A stretch of DNA of 64,000 bases from Octopus vulgaris (taxonomy: Eukaryota). A program made the position numbers and the translations under genes. The stretch spans positions 68,386,001-68,450,000 of the forward strand of contig OX597825.1 in the NCBI GenBank assembly GCA_951406725.2. The letters are read 5' to 3'. A model generated the notes under the pieces. The model searched no databases. It saw nothing but the letters and a program-made list of their open reading frames with translations, and was not told where the DNA came from. Below are positions 52,634-64,000 of the stretch, piece by piece (the stretch's first letter is position 1; each line of letters begins with the position of its first letter).

Positions 52634-54126
52634 CATATGCTGTAAAGCAGTTGGCATTAAGAAGGGCATCCAGCCATAGAAACCATACCAAAGCAGATAC
52701 TAGGGCTTGATGCACTCTTTGGGCCCACTGGATCCAGTCAAATCACCCAACCTATAACCATCATAGAATGCGAACATTAATTGATGATGATAAATTAGAA
52801 ATACGCAATTAATAGGCAATTAAAACCTAGCTTATCCAGTTTTATTTACCTCTCACAGTTCTTCCTCTGTCAGTGCCAATAATTTTTTTAAATGTTAAGT
52901 TTTTGTAGATTGTGCTTTAAAAATTGAAGTGAATTTGAAAAGTTGCACATGCAACTGGTTTTCTTTTATTTCACACAATACAAATTCTTCAAAATTTCTT
53001 TCCAAAGTCTTTACCATCTCCCTTTTCTTTGTGTGTGTGTGTGGGTGTGTGTACAGAGAGAGAGAGAGAGAGTGGGTGGGTGGTGCAATCCCATGTCAGT
53101 AATTTAAATTAAAAATCGAAATACGATGTCATTTGAATTGTAGGATAATAATGATTTGTAATTTAAGTACAGAGATAGAAACGAGGAGTGGGAACTGACA
53201 ATGTGGCGTTCATGCGTAGAAGCAAAGCAGATAATTTCTTGATTAACCAAAACACCCTTGATAGTAAAAAAAAAGAAGAAAAAAAAACCCCAGATGTGCT
53301 GCACAGACATATCGCAGACACTAGATGTGTATGTATGTATGTATGTATGTGTGTACATACACACACATACATACACAAACATTACGAAAATGTCATTAGC
53401 AGTGTTTTAACACAACTAATGTGAATGCTGTTTCGCTATTATCTTCCACCCCCGATCAAACTGAAGACAAATCAAGTGTCCGGACTAATTGTTAACCACA
53501 TCCATTACTATCTCCTCACGCAAAAACGATGCTTTTTTTTTTACTACCACCGAATTTAACCTCCCACCTTTCCTCAACTAATCCGTTAGCATTTAAGTAT
53601 TATTTTTTTTTTTTTTGTTGGTCTTTTCTCTCTCTCTTTTGTCTTTTGCTGATGCAATAGTTAGTTTACTCGTTGTGGTTACTACTTGAGTGAAAAGCTG
53701 GGAATGACATTCATAAAGAGTCTGGAAAGTAGGCGACTAAACTACGTTTCAATAATAGTGACACAACAGTATTTAGTCGATAAACAGTAGACTATCGAGT
53801 ACAATATAAACTGGGTTGGGGAATAAAGACATAAAGCGAAAGACCAAAAAATCCATAATTTCATACTAAGAAGAAAAAACAAAAATCTAACAAAGAAAAG
53901 AAAACAACAATTAAAAAAACCCCAACACAACATCAACTTATGAAAATAAATAACATCCAACTTTTCATAATTTCAGTCGCTTTTTTTTTAAAATTCGATA
54001 TATTTATATATATATAAGTGTGTGTGAGATGTACTCATCTGGCAAGCGATTTGATCTGTGACTGATTATAGTAAAACAATTACAGCGTAGAAGACAGCCA
54101 TTCAAAAACATCATATATATACATAC

Positions 54127-54173
<47 letters not shown>

Positions 54174-55115
54174 CACACACAAAATATGTAAGTGCTATTT
54201 ACTCCGTGTAGATTAGTGGAATTAATTACAATTCCCAACCATCACATACAAATTGCATTTGCATTGGGCTTTAACGCAATTAACTGACTGACATTAATGT
54301 CTGTTCAACAAGCAAAACAGTCAATCAAATATTATATAACATGTCTGGCCAGACTTGTCTGCCAACAAAGACCCCCAGCTTCTATTTATGAATAAATAAG
54401 TGAATTGTATGTGGGGGGAAAAAAAAAAAAAAAAAAAGATCGCACTGTTAAATGACAATGCCTGACTCGACTAGAGTAGAGTACAACAAACTGGGAAGGA
54501 AAAAAAAGAGGAGGGGTCAGCTGGAGAAACTAAACTTCGGTACGTCTACTCCTAGTAAAATACTCTTCGGGGAGAAAACAATAGAATAACGCAGTTCTAA
54601 TAAATGTCAGTTCATAAGAGAGAGAAATACCAAAGTGGGGGGCATATTTGGCTGTGTTGCTAACAGACTAATTCTATACAACACTCAGTTTTAACATACG
54701 GCATATATGTTACACAACAGGATCGTTCTATTTCAGTTTTTAGCCCCACTCTTGTTTCAGTATACATAGGGGCACACACGGCTGATGTGCTTTACACACA
54801 GACCCACACGTATACTTATATGTATATATAAGAACATGCAGAACTCTCAGACTGATAAAGAAGGAATTCGACATAGAAAGCAGTCCATATATATACATAT
54901 GTAAATATAGTGTTGTCAAAGTGACAGACGGAACGTTTCTAGTTAATAATTTGTAAATTACAGAAAAATAAAGGGAAAAAAAAGTTGGTTTTGAGTTCTG
55001 ACAGACAACGACATGTTTCCATATTTCTCGCAACACATAGGAATTAAAATTAAAAACATAATTAGGATACATTGAATTAAGGAAATGTAGAATTAAATAA
55101 ATTATAAGTTTTTAC

Positions 55116-55630
55116 CTTTCTTGAAGACAAGCGTTCAACGGAAAGTTTTTTGTTGTTGAGGGGAGGGGGGAATTATTGTTTGTTTGGTGTTGTTGCAATG
55201 TTGAACTTTTCCTCTTTCTCGCTCGCAAGAAAAAAAAAAAAAAAAAGCCAGCGATGATTAATTAATTACCAAAAGTGTGGGGGGGAGGGGCAGGGATATA
55301 TGGCCGTTAAAAAAAAAAAATGACAGATAAAGAAAAATTAGGCAGAGGAAAATATATATATGTGTGTGTATGTGTTCTTTAAAGCACTGTAGAAAAATCT
55401 ATCAACAACGACCAAACGAAGGAGGATAAAAAAATAATAATTGGTACAGTCGACAATATGTGATAAGTGTTGAATAGATGAAGGTGTCTATGGATAGTGT
55501 TTACGTTTTTCAGTTGTGAGTTACAAGACGTCGTCGCTTTTACTATTCAACCAGAACGACTGACGCTAGGCTTAGGAGTTACCGCCCTTGGCGACTGCTG
55601 CCTTGTAATTGCTGGCTCATGTAATGCTAT
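55116..55630 (-). promoter_or_regulatory. Candidate non-coding first exon and promoter of DCAF12
   Basis: Coding exon 1 begins with a splice acceptor, so an upstream exon must exist. A donor AAG|GTAAAA follows 55116 in a repeat-poor, locally CpG-retaining stretch (gacgtcgtcgc, accgcccttggcgac). An in-frame TAA upstream fits a 5'UTR. TSS not determined. Confidence 0.45.
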
Positions 55631-55645
55631 ATAAATAAATAAAAT

Positions 55646-55677
<32 letters not shown>

Positions 55678-55778
55678 CACATACTTATAGACATACGTAA
55701 ACATTCACACATTTATATGGACATATATATACATACATATATATATACATACATATATATATACACACATATATACAT

Positions 55779-55811
<33 letters not shown>

Positions 55812-55855
55812 ATATATATATATACATACATATATATATACACACATATATACAT

Positions 55856-55890
<35 letters not shown>

Positions 55891-55932
55891 ATATATATAT
55901 ATACATACATATATATATACACATATATACAT

Positions 55933-55984
<52 letters not shown>

Positions 55985-56196
55985 ATATACATATATATAT
56001 ATATACATATATATATATACATATATATATGTATATATATATATGTATATATATAATATATATAAATATATATACACACACACACATACACACTTATAGA
56101 CACATAAACATTCACACATTTATATGGGTGGGTGTGGATGATACGCACAATATATATATGTATATATATGTATGTATATATATATATATATATATG

Positions 56197-56256
<60 letters not shown>

Positions 56257-56644
56257 CGCAGGAGTGGCTGTGTGGTAAGTAGCTTGCTTACCAACCACAT
56301 AGTTCTGGGTTCAGTCCCACTGCGTGGCACTTTGGGCAAGTGTCTTGTGAGTGGATTTGGTAAACAGAAACTGAAAGAAGCCTGACATGCATATGTATAT
56401 ACATATATGTATATATATGTGTGTGTGCGTTTGTGTGTCTGTGTTTGTCCCCCCAACATCGCTTGACAACCGATGCTGGTGTGTTCATGTCCCCGTAACT
56501 TAGCGGTTCAGCAAAAGAGACCAATAGAATAAGTACTAGGCTTACAAAGAATAAGTCCTGGGGTCGATTTGCTCGACTAAAGGCAATGCTCCAGCATGGC
56601 CGCAATCAAATGACTGAAACAAGTAAAAGAGTAAAGAGCAAAGA

Positions 56645-56690
<46 letters not shown>

Positions 56691-57201
56691 AATCAGTCAG
56701 GATCAGGGAGTGGGGTTTAAAAAAAAATCATATATTTTCAAATTTTCGTCTTTTTTTTTTAAGTATAAATGTGTTGGGGGGGGGTATTGAAGAACAGTGC
56801 ATATTTCAGTGGAAAAAAAACACAAAGAAGGTGTTCATCAGTTATGTTAGAAATAACAGCCAAATCTCCCTTAAATCATACACTTTTTCCTCGCTTTTTT
56901 CCCCAAAATTTTGTCTACAAATTTCTTTGTAATCGTAATCTACAGTGTTTGAAAAGAATTTGTATAAAATTTCATTAAAAAATACCCATTTTCCTGAAAG
57001 TTTTGAGGGGGGAAATGTCGGATAGTGTGAATTTTCTGAGACTTCTCTCCCCAACCCCTCGCAAAAATGTTTTGCAACAAATCTTTACACAAACTCAATC
57101 AACAGGATCTAAGTGATTATTTGTTAAAATTTTCTTTAAAAAGTAGCAATTTATCTGTGGGGTATACATCTGAAGCTATGCCTATATATGTCTGTCTGTG
57201 T

Positions 57202-57243
<42 letters not shown>

Positions 57244-57633
57244 TTATAAGTACCATATTCAACTGAATCTAAATTTTTACTGAACTTATATATATATATA
57301 TATTCTTTTACATGTTTTAGGCATTTGACTGCCCTTAATGGAGTACTGCCTTAAAGGTCTTTAGTCAAAGAAATCGATCCCATGAATTATTCTTTGTAAG
57401 CCTAGTACTTATTCTATCGATTTGTTTTGCTGAACCATTAAGTTATGGGGATATAAGCACACCAGCATCGGTTGTCAAGCGATGGTGGTGGGCGTGGTGG
57501 TGGGGTACAAATACAGACACAAAGACGCGCACGTGTACTCACACGTGTACATTACACTTGCAGGTTGCTAGGTAGGTGAGTGTATGTGTACATATAGAGC
57601 AGATGAGTCACCCTGCCAATACATACACACCTA

Positions 57634-57799
57634 CACTAACGTAGCTAAGTGGGAGCGGTAGGGGCAGTCTGCCCCAGATGGCACTTTTAGAGGGGCACCA
57701 CTTTTGGATCTGCTGTAGGCAATATGTGATTTTTATGGGGTCCGGGGGTGGCAAACGGAAGGGCCACCCCGGATGGCACACGCTCTAGTTACACTAGTG
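57634..57799. mobile_element. Short GC-rich MITE with CACTA-starting TIRs
   Basis: cactaacgtagcta ... tagttacactagtg; TSD not evident. Confidence 0.5.
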
Positions 57800-57810
57800 C
57801 ATACATATAT

Positions 57811-58107
57811 AGTCATGTCTCGATATACAAGTTAATTTTTTCTCAGACATCGCTCATAAAGCAAAAACTCATAAAGTAGATCAATAATTTCCCATAGTAG
57901 CAATGTTATAAATCATAATTCGTTCCCAGAAAAATATTTCCCCTATAAAATTTATACTCGTAAATAAATGTCAATAAAACAACAGTAGAATGTAAAGAAT
58001 ATTTTATATAAAGTAAAAAGAATGGGCAAGTGTCTTCTACTATAGCCTCGGGCCAACCAAAGCCTTGTGAGTGGATTAGGTAGATGGAAACTGAAAGAAG
58101 CTTGTCG

Positions 58108-58140
<33 letters not shown>

Positions 58141-58331
58141 GGAAAAAAAAGTCAAGATAGAAAATGCTAAAATAATTTTATAAAAAACATTTCAGTACCG
58201 GTTTCAGACATTAAGACTTTTTCAACTGTAAGTATGGAAAACAATTAAATTTTGGAAAAATTAAAAGAAAAGTTTTTAAAAGAATATTTGCATAGTGTTC
58301 AAATGCAAGTGGCATTTTCCTTGATTTTGCC

Positions 58332-58373
<42 letters not shown>

Positions 58374-59559
58374 TTTCTGATATATATATATATATGAGTT
58401 AGAGGTCAGACAACCAACTAAGGGATAATAAATATCCATCATACTACTGGATGTAAACCTATGTATATCCAAATGCTTACTGTTGCAAGGCAATAGTGCA
58501 ATTGAATTATTAGGTATGTGTGGAGGTAAACAAAAGTTTAACCAGAATTTATAAGGCATGGAAGGAAATGGAGAAGATAATTAATTGACAAACATCAACT
58601 AGATCCATTTATTAATTAATTACAATCATATGAATATTAATAAATAAATAAGAATAATAAATAAATAAGAATAATGCTACTCTTACAGCTGTTTCTATGT
58701 TAGGGGTCCAGCATGCCAAAGTTGGCACATCATACCAATATTATACAAAGGTTGTACAAAAATTGAACAAGAATTGGACAAAAATTGGACAAAAATTGAA
58801 CCCCAAGGCTTCATCAGAGAGTCCATAATGGCAAGAATTAAACAAGTAAAAAAGTAAAATAAAATAATAAAAATACTAAAGAATAGTAAAATGTAAATTA
58901 CAAGATAATATCCAGAGGTTGTGAGATCACATCTTATTTCAATCTAATGGGGGATCTAATGGATCTAGCTGATGTTTGTAAGATGATGTTTGTCAATTCA
59001 ATTAATTAACTTCTCTATTTTCTTCCTTGCCTTATATACGTGTGTGTGTGTGTGTGTTTGTCCCCAACATCGTTTGACAACCAAAGGTGGTGTGTTTACG
59101 TCCCCCGTAACTTAGTGGTTCGGCAAAAAGAGACTGATAGATTAAGTATTAGGCTTACAAAGAATAAGTCCTGGGGTTGATTTGCTCAACTAAAGGTGGT
59201 GCTCCAGCATGGCTGCAGTCAAATGACTGAAACAACTAAAAGAATAAACAAATAATCATTTTCTGAATCCCTTTCACTCGCACTAGACTCGCGCACACCA
59301 TCACTCACAGACGTGATCGCTGATTCACAAGCACTCGTAGACAGACTTGTAGATGTCTTTTTAAAAAAGAAGTCTAAAATTATTTGCTTAAAAGAAGCTT
59401 TTTTCGCTCTCTATAAATTTCTCGGTAACACACAGAAGCATTTGTTATGATAGTAGAAACTTATGCACTTTGTTCAAAATTTGGATCTTGTGCTTGAAAA
59501 ATAAGATTCGTAAACCCGGGGTCTCGTAAGGCGGATCCTCGTAAAGAGATGCATCACTG
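57811..59559. mobile_element. Tigger/pogo-like non-autonomous shell with nested SINE and hammerhead-bearing units
   Basis: Imperfect TIRs (tagtcatgtctcgatatacaag / ctcgtaaagagatgcatcactg) with ctc(a/g)taaag subterminal repeats at both ends. Confidence 0.45.
58679..58822 (-). ncRNA. Hammerhead motif with intact core and a long (about 115-nt) stem II
   Basis: actct CTGATGA agccttggggttc...ggacccctaacata GAAACAGCTGTA agagt; stem I actct/agagt; perfect palindrome ACAGCTGT. Confidence 0.75.
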
Positions 59560-59914
59560 CACATACACACACATCACCACCGCCACCACCACACCACACC
59601 ACACAGATACATATTGGCACATGGCTTACTGGTTATAATATTCGGCTCTCGATCGTAAGGTCGCGAGTTCGATTCCCGATGTCCTTGAGCAAGACACTTT
59701 ATTTCACGTTGCTCCAGTTCATTCACCTGGCAAAAAATGATTCGTACCTGTATTTTAAGGGGCCAGCCTTGTCGCATTCTGTGACATGTTGAATCACCCT
59801 GAGAACTACATTAAAGGTACACAAGTCTGTGGAGTGCCCAACCACTTGCACAGGTAGGCTGTTCTGTTGATTGGATTAAATGGAACTCACGCCATCATAA
59901 GCAACGGATTGTCA

Positions 59915-59964
<50 letters not shown>

Positions 59965-59966
<2 letters not shown>

Positions 59967-60129
59967 CCACTACACATACTTTATTTTCTCTCCTTGTTCC
60001 TTTCTATGGAAGAGCGTAGGCTCGAAACGTTAAAGACTTTTCACTTCCCGAGCATTATACTAATACATCTGTTTGTTGTCTACACCACCTGTCTTCATCT
60101 TTTTTTTTTTTTTTGTGAAACCTCCCTAA

Positions 60130-60174
<45 letters not shown>

Positions 60175-61003
60175 CTTCACAAAGAGGGCCGCAGTTGGCG
60201 TTCCTTCAAGTCGCACTTCTGCGTCTCAAGCAGTGCCCGGGAAGCCACCTCTGCCGTGAATGGTACCGGTATAATTAAGATTCAGTTGAATTAGGTATTT
60301 AAATTGAGGCACCTTGTTAGATCGATCTAATTTGCTCATCCAAGCAATATCAGTTGAATATCAAACTCTGTGCAGAAGAGTTTGCACTTGATATTCATGC
60401 AGTGTATGCAGATAACGTGACCCAACTTAGTGAAGAGATCCACTCTTGGTTGTTCAGGCATCATCATCATCGTTTAGCGTCCGCTTTCCATGCTAGCATG
60501 GGTTGGACGGTTCAACTGGGGTCTGTGAAGCCAGAAGGCTGCATCAGGCCTAGTCAGATCTGGCAGTGTTTCTACGGCTGGATGCCCTTCCTAACGCCAA
60601 CCACTCCATGAGTGTAGTGGGTGCTTTTTACGTGCCACCCGCACAGGTGCCAGACAGAGCTGGCAAACGGCCACGAACAGATGGTGCATGTACTTTATAT
60701 AAAAAATAAAGTACTTTCTCTAATATTTTTGAAGTGTAGATTCCAGAGTAGGTGAATAAAATATAAACAAGTAACAAAGTGGAACAGGTGACAATTCACC
60801 TGGTAATTGATACCTGAACATCTTCGTTACTCATTTATATTATATATATATATATATATATCTGTGTATCTTTCTGTTGAAGAGCGTAGGCTCGAAACGT
60901 TAAAGACTTGTTTTATTTATATTTCCTGAGCGCCATACTAATACAATTGTTCGTTTGTTTTCCACCTGCCTTCGTCTTTTGTCTATTTTCATAAAGCTTC
61001 CCG

Positions 61004-61072
<69 letters not shown>

Positions 61073-61250
61073 TATATTCAACCCCTTCTCCCTAGCTCTC
61101 CTTGTTTCTTTCTATGTTCCTTTCTATGGAAGAGCGTAGGCTCAAAACGTTAAAGACTTCTACACTTCCCAAGCATTATACTAATACATCTGTTTGTTGT
61201 CTACACCACCTGTCTTCATCTTTTTTTTTTGTTGTGAACTCTCCCCATAC
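59965..61250 (+). mobile_element. Three 150-170-bp Penelope-like units with variant hammerhead cores (59965-60130, 60861-61005, 61095-61250)
   Basis: cttt CT(G/A)T(T/G)GA agagc gtag gctc GAAACGTT aaag (aaaacgtt in the third copy); each unit abuts (TA)n or (CA)n. Confidence 0.7.
60300..60458 (+). mobile_element. Possible LINE reverse-transcriptase remnant
   Basis: HAVYADNVTQLS resembles YADDxxL; short and truncated by a family C element. Confidence 0.3.
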
Positions 61251-62594
61251 ATACATGCATATACACACATGCGTACATAATACATACATACAATGCATAC
61301 ATATATGCATGCATACATGCACACATATGCACATACATACATATACACACATACCTTCATACATAATACATACACACATATATGCATACATGTATGCACA
61401 CACATACATACATACATACATACATACATACATACATGTGTGTGTGTGTGTGTGTGTTTCTCTAAAGATGCAGGAAAGCTCAAAATAAGCTGTCATCGGA
61501 ATCTCTTGGGTCCCATCACATCCTGCGAATAGTTTTCGACAAACCTGGGAATACGAACATGAGAGTTATAGAGAGAAAGAAAGAAGAGAAGAGAAGAGAA
61601 GAGAGAGAGACAGGGAGGGAGAGAGAGAGAGAGAAAGAAAGAGAAAGAGAGAGAGAGGTGTTCGATAATTTATAGGGATTGATTTATCCATGGATTTCCT
61701 GTACATACAATGGTTAGGAAACCAAGTTCTGATGGAATATTACTCTCAAGTGATTCCCCTCCCCCCCTAGTATTCCTATTTAATAACAAGTAAAAGGCGG
61801 TGGGTGTGTCTAGGAATGTTTTAAAATAGAGGTGAGCTCGCGTTTGGGTGCGACAATTAGGTTAAGTGTACTTTTAGAAATGTTTACAAACGTTGCTCTT
61901 TCAAAAGCCACGAGAACGAAAACAATGAAGAGATGTAGAGGATCGATTTACAAGATAATTGTGTTATCGTGTTTGGATATAATAGATACTACTGACGTGA
62001 AGTAAACTGGGAATTTTACAAATAAACAGAAAAAAAACTAAGACGAAGTAAATATGAATAAATAAAATAAAGCTGGGGTGAAAGTTCATGTTAAAACTAC
62101 TGCGTAAATAAAAATTTATATAGGCTAGTGGTTGCATAACATATTTACATCAGCATCACTACTATCAACGTGATAGGGGTCGTCGCCACCGCCACCACCA
62201 CCACCACCACCACCACCACCACCACCACCACCATCGTCGTTGTTGTGATCATCATCATCATGGTTGTCATCATCATTATAGTCACTGACGGGTTTTTGTT
62301 CTCATGCTATGCGATTCCTTATTTTTTTTTTTTTCGCGTTAATATATGTTAATATATGTAAATAAACGTACGAGATCGCTTTTGTACTTTGTACAAACGA
62401 ATTATATATTGCAGTAATCATTTCCTACGGGTTGGATGACATTTGTAACACATACGCGCACGCACACACACATATGTGTGTGTATGTGTGTGTGTGTGTG
62501 TGTATACATACATACATACATACATATATTATATATATATATATATATATACATACGTATATATATATATGTGTATATATATATATATACATAC

Positions 62595-62641
<47 letters not shown>

Positions 62642-62665
62642 CACATATATATATATATATGTATG

Positions 62666-62785
<120 letters not shown>

Positions 62786-63257
62786 CATCATCATCATCGT
62801 TTAACGTTCGCCTTCCATGCTGGCATATATCATCATCATCATCGTTTAACGTCCGCTTTCCATGCTAGCATGGGTTGAACGATTTGACTGAGGTTTGGCG
62901 AACAAGATGGCTGCACCAGGCTCCAATCTTGATCTGGCAGAGTTTCTGCGACTGGATGCCCTTCCTAATGCCAACCACTCCGAGAGTGTAGTGGGTGCTT
63001 TTGCGTGCCACCGGCACGAGGGCCAGTCAGGCGGTACTGGCAATGGCCACGCTCAAATGGTGCCTTTTATGTGCCACCTGCACAGGGGCCAGTCCAGCGG
63101 CACTAGCAACGACCTTGCTTGAATGTTTTTTCACGTGCCACCAGTACAAGTGCTAGTAAGGCGACGCAGGTAACGATCATGCTCGAATGGTGCTTTTTTT
63201 ATGTGCCACTGGCACGGAGGCCAGCTTGCTGCTCTGGCAATGATCACACTTGTATGG

Positions 63258-63308
<51 letters not shown>

Positions 63309-63314
<6 letters not shown>

Positions 63315-63593
63315 ATCACGTGACCGACCAGACCATCAGATGTTGTTACACATCGCTGGTCACAATGCGTTTGCATTGTTCTAGCCTTTGAATGACGCCA
63401 CCCCGCTGGCTAAGCGAGCAGGCCAACAGAAGAAAGAGTGGGAGAAAGAGTGATGAAAGAGTACAGCAGGGATCACCACCTCCTGCCGGAGCCTCGTGGA
63501 GCTTTTTAGGTGTTTTCGCTCAATAAACACACACAACGCCCGCTCAGGGAATCGAAACCGCGATCCTGCGACTGCGAGTCCGCTGCCCTAACC
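63309..63593 (-). mobile_element. tRNA-derived SINE (same head as 24778) with its own 3' end ...ggtcacgtgatcacgtg, inserted in (TA)n
   Basis: tggttagggcagcggactcgcagtcgcaggatcgcggtttcgattccc head, flanked by (TA)n on both sides. Confidence 0.8.
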
Positions 63594-63624
<31 letters not shown>

Positions 63625-64000
63625 AATTAGAGGTTGTGTTAATCTCATGAAGGGATGGTTTCTTCACACTAATGATAGTGATCCTGAGAAATGTCCAACC
63701 CTAATTGTATTATAAAGCTTCATTGTGCAAGTATCTTCTACAATGTGGATCTCAGATCTTGGATCTTGGATTTTGGATCTTGGATCTTTGATTTTGTATG
63801 CTACAACCTCCATTTATTTGCTGCCCGCTTTATAGAATGTACTTGGTGCATTTTATTGATGCACCAACATTAATGAGGTTGCTTTGTTCACTGCAAGACT
63901 AAAGAGTTCTCTCTCCTCTATGTTGTTTGTGTTTGCTCAAAGCAAACATGACTGGGAAGGTAAACAAAAGAGAGAGAGAGAAAGAGAGAGGAAAAGAGAG

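Noticed and set aside
63747-63795. (TTGGATC)n short tandem run
   Set aside because: Ordinary 7-bp simple repeat with no further structure.

Overview
AT-rich, microsatellite-dense eukaryotic DNA; the SINE and microsatellite landscape suggests an octopus-type cephalopod (inference). One protein-coding gene spans most of the window on the minus strand: a DCAF12 orthologue (WD40 substrate receptor of CRL4-DDB1). I assembled it by hand from 8 coding exons (40584 down to 1281), all with GT-AG boundaries and matching phases, giving about 410 aa. A non-coding first exon and promoter probably lie near 55.1-55.6 kb. The introns and upstream region are full of mobile elements: several SINE families (many nested, some with target-site duplications), decayed Tc1/mariner and Chapaev3-like transposases, TTAA-, TA- and hAT-type MITEs, and CR1, RTE and BEL/Pao fragments. 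The most striking signal the ORF track does not explain is about a dozen minimal type-I hammerhead-ribozyme motifs (CTGANGA / stem II / GAAAC-palindrome-NUH / stem I). They sit in short Penelope-like units that are often embedded in (TA)n tracts or inverted repeats. Inside the gene, the best-preserved copies are antisense to the pre-mRNA. Almost all long ORFs in the track are microsatellite artefacts. Repeat boundaries are approximate (about 10-20 bp); exon boundaries were read base by base.
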